IMG/VR virus record: IMGVR_UViG_3300046003_005119
Location: 1 to 62,259 of that record
DNA: 62,259 nucleotides
Reading direction: 5' to 3' (one strand)
DNA from: a virus
Lineage: Duplodnaviria; Caudoviricetes
Positions within the stretch are counted from its first letter, which is position 1, and each line of letters opens with the position of its first letter. Below, piece after piece: positions 8,829 through 17,844 of this stretch. Made by a program: the position numbers and the translations under genes. Under the pieces are notes generated by a model. It was not told the DNA's origin. It made no database searches and was given only the letters and a program-made list of their open reading frames with translations.

Positions 8829-10058
8829 CTACATTTTGACGACGGTAACTTCTTCCGCCGCTCTTGTGATCGCTGTATAGAGCCACCGCCATCTGTCTTT
8901 GCGGAAGCAGTAGGATTCGTCTAGGACACAGACTGTGTCCCACTGTGAGCCTTGGGATTTATGAACTGTGAGTCCATAACCGAAGTCGAATTCGTTGGCT
9001 TCACGTTTCTCATACCATCCGAGTTTGTCAGCAGTTCCGAGGAAGTGATGTTCATGAGCTGACACTTCAACCGAGACAATGCTGTCCTCAGGTTGAACTG
9101 ACATGAACACTTTTTGATCCATGACACCAGTCACATCGCTGACGTGGAAAATAGCACCGTTCAACAGACCGAGCTCACTGTTATTTCGCAGGCAGACCAA
9201 GCGATCACCTACGATCGGATATGGGTCGTCGATACCTTTCAGCCTGCGAATCTTGTCATTGGTCGCAAAGCGTGTGACGTTCTTGCCGACCAAGATCTGA
9301 TCGTAAGATAGCGTCTCCTCTGGGTCCATCTTCGTGCCTTTTTCGATGATACGACTGTTGCCGTATGAACCGATGTTCGGCATCTCTTGGTTGCGAACTT
9401 TGGTAGCCAGATGAATAATCGGACTCTCACCTGCTTGACGGTGAATTTCTGTCAGCATCACGTTTGGGCGAACGTTCTCTGTGAAATAGCCAGCGCCACC
9501 GACAGGAGGAAGCTGAGCAGGATCACCCAAGACGAGAACAGGAGTTCCAAACGAAAGAAGGTCTTCGCCCATCCGAGCATCAACCATGGAACACTCATCA
9601 ATGATGACGAGAGCAGCATCTTTGACAACGCTGTCCTCGTTCCGTATGAACATCGGTTGATCAGCGTTCTCCGCTTCTTCCTTGATGTCTTTACGGAGTT
9701 GTCGAACTTTCGGGTGCATTTCGATATCTTCAACACGAGCGTCGATTAGTTCTTTGAGAAGATTGTCGAGTTGCTCCTGCATGACTTTCAATCTCGCGCG
9801 AGACTTGTCTCGGCTATGATAAATCATTGAGTGGATTGTTGCCGCGTTGTCACATCCTTTTGTCTTAAGGACGTGAGCAGCTTTTCCAGTATACGCTCCG
9901 AACAGAACTTCACCATCGATATTCTGTGCGAGATACTGAGCGAGTGTGGTCTTTCCTGTTCCTGCATACCCAAAGAAGTGGAATACCTGCTGATCACCAT
10001 TACGGAACCAGTCGTCTGCCATCAGAAGGGCTGCATCCTGTTGAGGTGAGAATTGCAT
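8829..10058 (-). CDS. RecD/Dda-like SF1B helicase
   Basis: GYAGTGKT, IIDECSMV, GDPAQLPPV, TVHKSQGSQW, YTAITRA. Confidence 0.9.
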   Translation of the reverse strand: MQFSPQQDAALLMADDWFRNGDQQVFHFFGYAGTGKTTLAQYLAQNIDGEVLFGAYTGKAAHVLKTKGCDNAATIHSMIYHSRDKSRARLKVMQEQLDNLLKELIDARVEDIEMHPKVRQLRKDIKEEAENADQPMFIRNEDSVVKDAALVIIDECSMVDARMGEDLLSFGTPVLVLGDPAQLPPVGGAGYFTENVRPNVMLTEIHRQAGESPIIHLATKVRNQEMPNIGSYGNSRIIEKGTKMDPEETLSYDQILVGKNVTRFATNDKIRRLKGIDDPYPIVGDRLVCLRNNSELGLLNGAIFHVSDVTGVMDQKVFMSVQPEDSIVSVEVSAHEHHFLGTADKLGWYEKREANEFDFGYGLTVHKSQGSQWDTVCVLDESYCFRKDRWRWLYTAITRAAEEVTVVKM

Positions 10059-10119
10059 AGTTGCTCCTGAGAATGATAAGGCCGAGGAATTGCTCCTCGG
10101 CCTCGACTTTTGTTCCGTA

Positions 10120-10998
10120 TCAGAACGGAATTTCGTCGTCATCCGCTTTCGCACGTTTGCGTTCCTGCGAAGGATTGGTCGCAGCGCCGAGGTTCTCGTC
10201 AGGACCGCTTCCAGCGACGCTGTTGAAGTCAGGCTTCGCGAGACCCTGTTTGATCATGTCGCGGAACGACTTGGCCTCGTTCAGCAGAGCCATGCCTTCT
10301 TCGTTGGGGTTGATCAACGATTCGCGCCACGTCGCAGCGAACGGTGCAATCCCGTAGACGTAGAAGGTGCCAGAATCGTTCTTCTGCTTGACAGTGCTGA
10401 TCTTGGCGCGGTTCGCGAAGATCGGCGGACGACCCTTCTGGGTGTAGAGGGCAGTCATCCAGTCCTTGTAAGCCTTGATCTTGGCCGACGAGAACGCGAG
10501 GACGCAGTAGGAGTCGATCGAAGTGCCTTCGTCGTTCGTGATCAGACAGTAGACGTAGTGCGTCTCGATCAGATCGTTACCATCCGGCGATTTGAACGGA
10601 AGGCGCTTGCCCTCTGCATCCTTGGGCGGAATACGCGAGCCGCCGTTTTTCTTGATCGCGTTCAACACGATTTCACTGTCAGGCTCGTGACGCCCAACGA
10701 GACCACCACCCTTGGTCCGAGGAATCCATTCGACCCACGACTCTTCCTTCTCGATCGGGATCACCACAAGCGGCTGCTTGAGGATTTCCTTCGTGACCGA
10801 GTTCAACATGTCACCGGCTTTGGCTCCGGCGACGAGTTCTTCGGTCACCTCCGGCGAAAGCGATTGCAGCACGTTGATGAAAGGAATGGAAAGGTCGGCG
10901 ATCTTGGTATCTTCGAAACCTTCATGGCTCATCTCGCCATAGTCGAAGGCAGCACCGACAGCGGAGGTCTTTGCAGTTGTCACATCAGTCTTTGTCAT
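10120..10998 (-). CDS. Probable ssDNA-binding/annealing protein
   Basis: Acidic-aromatic C-terminal tip DDDEIPF; sits in the replication module. Confidence 0.6.
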   Translation of the reverse strand: MTKTDVTTAKTSAVGAAFDYGEMSHEGFEDTKIADLSIPFINVLQSLSPEVTEELVAGAKAGDMLNSVTKEILKQPLVVIPIEKEESWVEWIPRTKGGGLVGRHEPDSEIVLNAIKKNGGSRIPPKDAEGKRLPFKSPDGNDLIETHYVYCLITNDEGTSIDSYCVLAFSSAKIKAYKDWMTALYTQKGRPPIFANRAKISTVKQKNDSGTFYVYGIAPFAATWRESLINPNEEGMALLNEAKSFRDMIKQGLAKPDFNSVAGSGPDENLGAATNPSQERKRAKADDDEIPF

Positions 10999-11064
10999 TT
11001 GATTTCTCTCTGTTTGCTCTATCTTGGTCAGCGACCAACTCACCACAATTCAGGTGACTAATCT

Positions 11065-11141
11065 TGGCGATCCTGGGAGGAATCGAACCCCCGACCCGCC
11101 GCTTAGAAGGCGGCTGCTCTATCCGGCTGAGCTACAGAATC
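11065..11141 (-). tRNA. trnR-UCU: tRNA-Arg(UCU)
   Basis: GATTCTG/CAGGATC acceptor stem, TAGCTCAG..GGATAGAGC D arm, anticodon loop CT-TCT-AA, GGTTCGATTCC T arm, encoded CCA. Confidence 0.95.
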
Positions 11142-11688
11142 ATTCTTTGACCTTGGCAGTTCTCTGTCTGAAGATACCAAAGATATCGACAGGTAGATCT
11201 TCGCCTTCACCAAGGCGTTCCTTGACCCAAGCGACGAGGGTCGCTGGGTGAACCTGATGGTTCTCTTTCAGAACCAACTTCATTTCAGCCATGATCGGAG
11301 CCAGCACCTTCTTGAATGCTTCGGCGCGCTCCATATCATCTTTGCCGAATTCGAATGTCATCTGGCGTTTCACGATGTGACCGAAACCGTGCGAATCCAT
11401 CCATTGGATAGCAGGCACTTTCTTGTCACCAGCAATGCTCGCTCTGATCTCTTCCTTGATCGTCAAGGTGCGACCATCGCCGAGTTCAAACTTTCCGTCG
11501 AGGCCGTCTGTCGCAGCTGGAATGCGAAACTCTGCAATGTCACGACGAAGATTGTTCGCAACTTCAAGTTCTGCTTCGATCCGCTTGACTTCAGCTTCAG
11601 CAGCCAACAGTTCATCGGCAAGAGTCCGAAGAACGATAGTCAGGTTGCTGTCGTTTTCCTTAAAGGAGCCATACGGATCTTCTTCCAT
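11140..11688 (-). CDS. Replication-module hypothetical protein (coiled-coil N-terminus)
   Basis: Clean ORF with promoter; QVHPATLVAWVKE motif typical of this phage module. Confidence 0.7.
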   Translation of the reverse strand: MEEDPYGSFKENDSNLTIVLRTLADELLAAEAEVKRIEAELEVANNLRRDIAEFRIPAATDGLDGKFELGDGRTLTIKEEIRASIAGDKKVPAIQWMDSHGFGHIVKRQMTFEFGKDDMERAEAFKKVLAPIMAEMKLVLKENHQVHPATLVAWVKERLGEGEDLPVDIFGIFRQRTAKVKE

Positions 11689-11718
11689 TGCTATATCCTG
11701 CTAACTCGGTGGACCTAT

Positions 11719-11747
11719 AAAGTAGCAGCAAGCGCCACAAATGACAA
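11719..11747 (-). promoter_or_regulatory. sigma70-like promoter
   Basis: TTGTCA-N17-TACTTT. Confidence 0.55.
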
Positions 11748-11749
11748 GT

Positions 11750-12106
11750 TCAATATATCTTCGCGACGATCTCAGTGTATTCACCATGACGCCCGCTCCA
11801 CTGAAGAAGTTTGACTTCTCCGTTGTTATAGTAGGCTGCGATTGACGTCGCCATCCCAATCAGTCCTGGGTTTCCGATGAGAAGAAGATGATCGTCTTCA
11901 TTGAACCCGCTCAGTTTCTCGTGCATATCGCCCAAGACGAGGTCTGGGTTGAACGGATGAGCAGATGGTGAGAGAAGATACACGATCTTCCCCCACCGAA
12001 GAGCCTTGTCGACAGACGTGAACCGCGGAACAAGTTCCTTGCGAACTTGATCGAATCGCATTTGCTGTTGAACCGCGAACACAGTCATCAGATCCACTCC
12101 TTCCAA
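11750..12106 (-). CDS. Hypothetical protein
   Basis: Fills the gap between genes; likely start MTVFAVQ near 12088. Confidence 0.7.
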   Translation of the reverse strand: MEGVDLMTVFAVQQQMRFDQVRKELVPRFTSVDKALRWGKIVYLLSPSAHPFNPDLVLGDMHEKLSGFNEDDHLLLIGNPGLIGMATSIAAYYNNGEVKLLQWSGRHGEYTEIVAKIY

Positions 12107-13557
12107 GCATCGCCCTGAATGGCCGACGCGATATCTTTCTTATCACGAAGATTCTCGACGATGCGTTCATCAACCGTGTCGTTGCAGACGATGTCGATAT
12201 AGTTCACAGGATGCTCATCCATACCTGCGCGGTGGCAACGATCTTCAGATTGAAGTCTGTCGATCAGACGGAAACTATTCGAATAGTAGACCATCACCTT
12301 CGCTTGGGTTAGGGTCAGTCCAGGACCGCCCTTCGCAGCAGTCCCTACGAACCATTGAGCGTCGCCACGCTGAAACGCCTGCTTGTTTCGTTCAGCCTGA
12401 TCGTCGTCCACAGATCCGTCGTAACGAACAGCCGTCTTTCCCAACAGATCCATGATCTGATCCACGTCATGTCGGAAGCGAGCCCATACAATGCCAGGAG
12501 TGAAAGTTGCGTCACGAATATCCTCCATCACATTCAGTCGAGGGTTCTTCTCGCTGAACATATGAACCGGCTCATCGATACCGAGCGGGACATAGTTGCA
12601 GGCGATCTGCTGATAACGCAGAAGACGAGTGATCGGCAACTCAGCTGTGATGAGATTGTCGCCAATCTCCAACATGAATTCCTCGCGAAGCTGATTGTAA
12701 GCAGCCTTCTGCTCTGGGCTCATATCGAAGTAACGCTTCTGATACAGCTTTGGCGGAAGATCAAGGACATCGTCCTTAAGATAACGATCGGTGATCTCCT
12801 TCAACCACATCTCGAGTTTGTCGAGATTCTGATACTCGATCAACTGATCGTAACCTGGATCATACCCGTGGAGTCTCTGGTGTTCAGATCTCGTCAACCA
12901 GCGACCGAAGTAATTTCTGAATTCAACAGTTCCATGGATGCCCTTATTCTTCCAGAAGAAGTCGTCCAGGAACTTGATCTGTGAGTAAAGGTCGAATGGC
13001 CCAACGGCGACAGGAGTTCCAGTCAAAATTCTCTTGTAGGGTGCATACTTCGAAGAAGCGATAATGGACTTTGTCCGCTTCGCATTCGGCGATTTGATGT
13101 TGTGAGCCTCATCGAGAATATACAGGCATTTCCGTTCCTTGAGGAACTTCCACACCATGTCCTTCCCTTCAGCTGTCATGAAAGCGTTGTAACTGATCAA
13201 CATGACAGCGAGACCTTGATGTCTGAGCAATGCAGACATAGCACGACGATGACCAGCCGTATGTTTCTTCGCTGTGAGAAACACCTGCACCATAGTATCG
13301 ATCGCGAACTCTGCTGGCATATGAGTCGGAATTTCGTCGGTGTTCCAGTTCCGTTCTACACCAGGAGGCGCAACAACAAGAAGACCATCGATGTCTCCGT
13401 TCGCAAATAGGAAACAAGCAGTATCGATGATCGGCTTTGTTTTCGCTGTTCCTTGTTCCCACAAGAGTCCCCACGCTTTGTCATTGACATGGTCCTTCAA
13501 GTGAGCGAGTTGGTGACTGAATGGGTCAACAACGTGAGGGAAATCTTCAATCTTCAT
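12088..13557 (-). CDS. SNF2-like SF2 helicase
   Basis: EQGTAKT, LDEAH, LTGTP, GLTLT, QSEDRCHRAG. Confidence 0.9.
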   Translation of the reverse strand: MKIEDFPHVVDPFSHQLAHLKDHVNDKAWGLLWEQGTAKTKPIIDTACFLFANGDIDGLLVVAPPGVERNWNTDEIPTHMPAEFAIDTMVQVFLTAKKHTAGHRRAMSALLRHQGLAVMLISYNAFMTAEGKDMVWKFLKERKCLYILDEAHNIKSPNAKRTKSIIASSKYAPYKRILTGTPVAVGPFDLYSQIKFLDDFFWKNKGIHGTVEFRNYFGRWLTRSEHQRLHGYDPGYDQLIEYQNLDKLEMWLKEITDRYLKDDVLDLPPKLYQKRYFDMSPEQKAAYNQLREEFMLEIGDNLITAELPITRLLRYQQIACNYVPLGIDEPVHMFSEKNPRLNVMEDIRDATFTPGIVWARFRHDVDQIMDLLGKTAVRYDGSVDDDQAERNKQAFQRGDAQWFVGTAAKGGPGLTLTQAKVMVYYSNSFRLIDRLQSEDRCHRAGMDEHPVNYIDIVCNDTVDERIVENLRDKKDIASAIQGDAWKEWI

Positions 13558-13592
13558 GGGTGCTCCTTTTCTATTGACACGTTAGCAGGCTA

Positions 13593-14078
13593 TTACTCCT
13601 GTGACAATTCGACCCTTGCATAGAAAGAGAATTCTCTTTGCAGCGCTCTTGACGCTCCTTGATAGGCAGCTTCTGCCTCTCCAACTGTGTCGAACAACCC
13701 AAGGAAGATGACCTGACCTTTCCACTGTATGCGAGAATCGAACTTTCCCTGACGAGCATAGACTCCTTTAGGGAAATCTCTGTTCATTCGTGGTCTGCGA
13801 TTCATATTGTTTTGTTCGGGTGTGACTATCCTCAAATTCTCTATAGTTTCATTCTTACGGTTTCCATCTTTGTGATCTAACCACTCATCGCGTTCAGAAG
13901 GGAAGTATCCATGATGCAGAAACCAGACTATGTGGTGAGAGTAGATTCTCTTACCATCAACCCTGATCTGACTTCCAGGACTAACCTTCTGGCCTGATTT
14001 AGCTGGACCTCTATCCTTCTTCCAGAACAACCCACGAGAGTGAACATACTCCAGAAATTCGCTGATGATCTCTGACAT
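13593..14078 (-). CDS. HNH homing endonuclease with AP2-like C-terminal domain
   Basis: DHKDGNRKNETIENLR...NNMN; KGVY...IFLGLFDTVGEAEAAY. Confidence 0.85.
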   Translation of the reverse strand: MSEIISEFLEYVHSRGLFWKKDRGPAKSGQKVSPGSQIRVDGKRIYSHHIVWFLHHGYFPSERDEWLDHKDGNRKNETIENLRIVTPEQNNMNRRPRMNRDFPKGVYARQGKFDSRIQWKGQVIFLGLFDTVGEAEAAYQGASRALQREFSFYARVELSQE

Positions 14079-14330
14079 AACTGACTCTACTTAGTTTATG
14101 TTATGTCAGCCAAGTTAAGGCACTTCTAACCCCTTGTAAACACTTATTTTTCTTTCTCTTTACTTAACTTACATAAGAAACACAACTAGAACTAGGCTAC
14201 AGCTACAGCTCCACGGCCTGCAAACCTTTGGGCAGGTAGTGCCACCTATGTTAGTTAAGGCGGCACTTCTAAGCCATTGTAAACAAACAATTCTCGACGT
14301 GCTTGCTGACTCTACTTGACTCTACTTGCC

Positions 14331-15158
14331 TTAACTACGAACGGCAAATTTGCGGTAGAGAAGCGCCACGACTGCAAGAGCCGCGATGACCATAACCGCT
14401 GCGAGCGCCCATTGGATAGGTCCAGGAGGAGCCATGGAGATACCTGTCAGGACTCCAGGGATTGCTCCGCCAGCGACCTTCAGGACGTTGCCCTCGTCGA
14501 CGACTGCATGTGCTGTGATTGATGTCAGAGTTTCATCCTCCTCCTCAGCCTTACCGAGGAGAGCCTGACGAGGTGCATCTGCTTGGGTTATCGAACCGAT
14601 GAACAGCTTCACACCACGATCAATCACACCATGATCGTTCACAGGCTGAGCTCCGATGACATCTCCCATGACACGGCGTGTCCAGCCTGTTCCGAACGTC
14701 TTGAACGTCTTGAGAGTTTTCATCCAGTTCCAACGCTTCTCACAGAGATCTTTGATCAACTGTTCGATGTTGTTGTGGCCTTGAATTGCAGCGAGGGTCG
14801 CATTGCCGATGACTCCGTCGACTTTCACGCGGAGAAGTTCTTGCAAGAACCTGATCGCACGAGAAGCACCAGAGTTCACAGAGAAATCGTAGACCGCGTA
14901 GTCGAGCCCAGACGGGAGAAGGTCTCCAGCGATCGGGTTCCAGTATTGGGTCTTGTAGATCTCCCAGACCTCTTCATTCGTGATCAACTTCACGCTGCGC
15001 TTGTCGAGACCTTTCCGGACACGATACGCATCATAGGTTCTCTGAATCACTCCACGATTCGTCGCCCCTCCAGGATCTTTCGGGTGATTGACATAGCCAC
15101 CCTCGTGAACGAGAAGCCAGTCAGTCGTGATCTGGAAGTTCTCTTTAGCCATGATCAA
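14331..15158 (-). CDS. Endolysin, GH108 with peptidoglycan-binding domain and C-terminal hydrophobic segment
   Basis: HEGGYVNHPKDPGGATNRGV, DFSVNSG, VDGVIG..TL, FGTGWTRR. Confidence 0.9.
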   Translation of the reverse strand: MIMAKENFQITTDWLLVHEGGYVNHPKDPGGATNRGVIQRTYDAYRVRKGLDKRSVKLITNEEVWEIYKTQYWNPIAGDLLPSGLDYAVYDFSVNSGASRAIRFLQELLRVKVDGVIGNATLAAIQGHNNIEQLIKDLCEKRWNWMKTLKTFKTFGTGWTRRVMGDVIGAQPVNDHGVIDRGVKLFIGSITQADAPRQALLGKAEEEDETLTSITAHAVVDEGNVLKVAGGAIPGVLTGISMAPPGPIQWALAAVMVIAALAVVALLYRKFAVRS

Positions 15159-15673
15159 TCTCCATCATAAGTGTCTAACGTCAGATCCGGAAAGAAGTCA
15201 CGGGTCAGACCGGTATAGATGACTTGAGTCTGGTGCCACAGAGAATGACAACGATGAGTGACTGCCAAACTCACGATCGGACCAAGAGGTTCACTTGGAG
15301 GAGTTAACTCCCACGGACCCCAATGCTGCGCTCCCTTGGGCCTAGCGACGAAGCCACTGTCTCCTTGGATCGGATCAGTTGAAAATCCAATCTTGATGAT
15401 CTTTGCGTTCTTGTCTTCAAATCCACCGCCAGCAAACATCACTATCTCAGTTGGTTCACATTCTCCTCGTATCTTGAGAAGAGCACCTTCTACGAAATAG
15501 CGATTTCCTTCCTGCCAGATTTTTTCAATCTTGAAGGCTCCGACCACTGGGTTCATCAGAACCTCCAGCTTCGGCCCAAGAGTGAACAGGACAACTCCAA
15601 GCATGAAAAAGATGAAATAGATCGCCGCTCTGAGGACGCTTCTCATCATTGAATTCAGAGCTGAGGTTGTCAT
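15155..15673 (-). CDS. Membrane-anchored protein in the lysis cassette
   Basis: One N-terminal TM followed by a soluble domain with two Cys; start MTTSALN. Confidence 0.65.
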   Translation of the reverse strand: MTTSALNSMMRSVLRAAIYFIFFMLGVVLFTLGPKLEVLMNPVVGAFKIEKIWQEGNRYFVEGALLKIRGECEPTEIVMFAGGGFEDKNAKIIKIGFSTDPIQGDSGFVARPKGAQHWGPWELTPPSEPLGPIVSLAVTHRCHSLWHQTQVIYTGLTRDFFPDLTLDTYDGD

Positions 15674-15876
15674 GATTTTCCTGCCTTGATAACAGGCCAG
15701 ATGATTTCGACCCACACAAACGACATCAACGCCATGATAACACCACCTGCGACCATCAGAGCAGCGCGAAGCCGCTTTGATTCTTCTTCTCGTTTCTGAT
15801 CCACATATCCATGGAATTCACTTCTCAATTCCTCGAGTTGATTTTCGAGGATGCGTATTTTCTCATCTTCGGTCAT
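15670..15876 (-). CDS. Putative holin / coiled-coil plus TM protein
   Basis: MTEDEKIRILENQLEEL... with a C-terminal TM; lies between spanins and endolysin. Confidence 0.5.
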   Translation of the reverse strand: MTEDEKIRILENQLEELRSEFHGYVDQKREEESKRLRAALMVAGGVIMALMSFVWVEIIWPVIKAGKS

Positions 15877-16147
15877 CGCTGATCCTATTGTCGCGGTCTC
15901 TATAAAAGTCGACAGTCGCGGCATGGCGCTCAGCACAAGATACCAGTTCACTGCGATCAGTGATCCAGTAAGATTCAACTTCGAGCTGCGTGAGTTCACG
16001 ATTAGGGAGATTCACTGGCCGCTTGCACGGCTGAGTGAACTCCATTGGAGGCTCAGCTAATGTTGGAGCCTCAATTGACCCGATTGATTCGCCGCACCCC
16101 ATCAGAGCTGACAGAAGGACGATCTGCGTTAGGATCAGCTTGGGCAT
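15863..16147 (-). CDS. o-spanin (Rz1-like lipoprotein)
   Basis: Lipobox LSALMG-C, Pro-rich, DR..L..C..RH; overlaps the 3' end of the i-spanin gene. Confidence 0.75.
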   Translation of the reverse strand: MPKLILTQIVLLSALMGCGESIGSIEAPTLAEPPMEFTQPCKRPVNLPNRELTQLEVESYWITDRSELVSCAERHAATVDFYRDRDNRISDDRR

Positions 16148-16406
16148 CCTGCATGAGTATCCGAATTGTTGCATTTCGTTCACTCAGAAGTCTGCGAAGT
16201 TCTGCTTCACTCTCTTTAGCATGTTCGAGAGCGGCTTCATTTGCTGACTGTTGACGTTTGCGTTCTTCTTGAATTTTCACTTCATATCGCTGGACGGTGT
16301 CATCAACGCCGAGCGAGTATCCCCACCAGCCCACGCTGAGGATCAGGACAATAAAGACAACATACGGCAAAAACCTTATCATGACAATCATAAACCTCAC
16401 GGCCAA
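16071..16406 (-). CDS. i-spanin (Rz-like)
   Basis: N-terminal TM, coiled coil, ADPNADRP...GVRRIN tail. Confidence 0.75.
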   Translation of the reverse strand: MAVRFMIVMIRFLPYVVFIVLILSVGWWGYSLGVDDTVQRYEVKIQEERKRQQSANEAALEHAKESEAELRRLLSERNATIRILMQDAQADPNADRPSVSSDGVRRINRVN

Positions 16407-16921
16407 TACTTGTCATTGGCAAAATCCGCAGGGATTTCCACCATATCTTTCAACGTTCTAGCAGCGAAGATATGAGCCGACTCGTTGCTCGCAGCGGCCT
16501 TGCCGAATTCGAACATCGCATGGGCATCCATTTCGATGATCGAGTTATCAGCAGAAATCCACGAGAATGGTTCAATCCCACCATGCCAGTAGAGATCGCC
16601 CTTCTGTGACCCAAGAGAGATGGCGAACCCAGCGAGAGTTGCTGCTCCAGCGATCCTCGCCAGAGATTTCTGATCACAGTCGAATTGGTTCTCGTAGAAC
16701 CAGAATTTTCCGCTCATTCGACTGTCACGTTCACGATTGACATCGTCACTCGTCGGAACTTGTTTGATCTCTACACGAGAGAAAACTCCCTTCGAGAACT
16801 TATCACCGATCGCGACGAGTTCATCCACGTTAGGCCAGAGAGCACACCACTCTGGGACGTTGTCTGAATCGACTTCAATGACGTTGACGACGACACCGTT
16901 CTTGATTTCAGCTTTTCTCAT
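16397..16921 (-). CDS. Tail fibre-associated protein (DUF4376-like)
   Basis: VNRERDSR...WISADN...FAARTLK; follows the fibre gene; start MRKAEIK. Confidence 0.65.
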   Translation of the reverse strand: MRKAEIKNGVVVNVIEVDSDNVPEWCALWPNVDELVAIGDKFSKGVFSRVEIKQVPTSDDVNRERDSRMSGKFWFYENQFDCDQKSLARIAGAATLAGFAISLGSQKGDLYWHGGIEPFSWISADNSIIEMDAHAMFEFGKAAASNESAHIFAARTLKDMVEIPADFANDKYWP

Positions 16922-16923
16922 GA

Positions 16924-17835
16924 TCAGAACTCCAATACCATAATGACGCCAGCTTTTCCAGCACCACCGCCGCCCTTCGATGCACCTGAGCCAGTGCCTC
17001 CGCAACCTCCGCCACCTCCAGCCCCATAAGCCAATGCAGCTTGACCAGTCTGACCAGTCGTCGTGCTAGGCTTTACAGTAGATCCAGCGCCTCCACCCCA
17101 GAACGAACCGCCGCCGTTTCCGTCTTGAGAGTCTTTTGATCCAGGAGTTCCTTCGATTCCAAGAGTTCCAGTGACCGCGTAAGTGACGCCACCACCAGTC
17201 GCAGAACACAAAGAAGCGAGAGAAGTTGTTCCGCCGGTCGATCCCTGAGTTCCTCCTGATGAACCAGAGGATGCTCCGGCTCCACCAGCTCCAATCGTGA
17301 CTGCGCTCGGAGTTCCAGCAGAGATATCGATGACTGTTATAGCAGTTGCGCCACCATCTCCTCCAGGACCATTCGAAGCACCTGTCGAGCCAGTTCCACC
17401 ACCGCGACCCCCACCAGTGCAGATAACAAGAGCCTTGCTGTATCCAGAAGTAGGAGTGTAGGTTCCGGAAGCCGTGAAGATCTGAAGATTCAGACCAGCA
17501 CCGAGAACTGCAATCGCCTGAGCGACACGCAGGGCAGTCATCACTTTTGTGTTCTCAAGCCCCGCCTCCGCTTGGGCTTGGGTAGCGATCGTGAAATTCG
17601 GTTCAAACTTACTGTTGGTCTGATCAACCGTTCCAAGAGTGATCCAAGCCGAATCAGCTTCATTCCGCATCTTCAGAAGATCGCTCGCCGTGTCATACCA
17701 GAGCATATTCGCGAAAGTCGTCGTTGGAGCTGTTGCCCCAGAGTTGGTTGAAACGATAGCTTGAAACAAGGAGTTGAGGTCAGCTCTTGCCGCTGCCGAA
17801 CCTTGGTTCGCGATGTTGTAGTCATGCTGCGCCAT
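16924..17835 (-). CDS. Gly-rich tail fibre protein
   Basis: MAQHDYNIANQ...RADLN anchor domain, FTASGTYTP, Gly-rich C-terminus. Confidence 0.8.
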   Translation of the reverse strand: MAQHDYNIANQGSAAARADLNSLFQAIVSTNSGATAPTTTFANMLWYDTASDLLKMRNEADSAWITLGTVDQTNSKFEPNFTIATQAQAEAGLENTKVMTALRVAQAIAVLGAGLNLQIFTASGTYTPTSGYSKALVICTGGGRGGGTGSTGASNGPGGDGGATAITVIDISAGTPSAVTIGAGGAGASSGSSGGTQGSTGGTTSLASLCSATGGGVTYAVTGTLGIEGTPGSKDSQDGNGGGSFWGGGAGSTVKPSTTTGQTGQAALAYGAGGGGGCGGTGSGASKGGGGAGKAGVIMVLEF

Positions 17836-17844
17836 TTTCTGACC

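Noticed and set aside
13593-14078. HNH gene as part of an intron
   Set aside because: Both flanking genes are complete; it appears free-standing.
14115-14130. CtrA box (TTAA-N7-CTAAC)
   Set aside because: One mismatch in AT-rich DNA, and the spacing is not kept in the second repeat copy.
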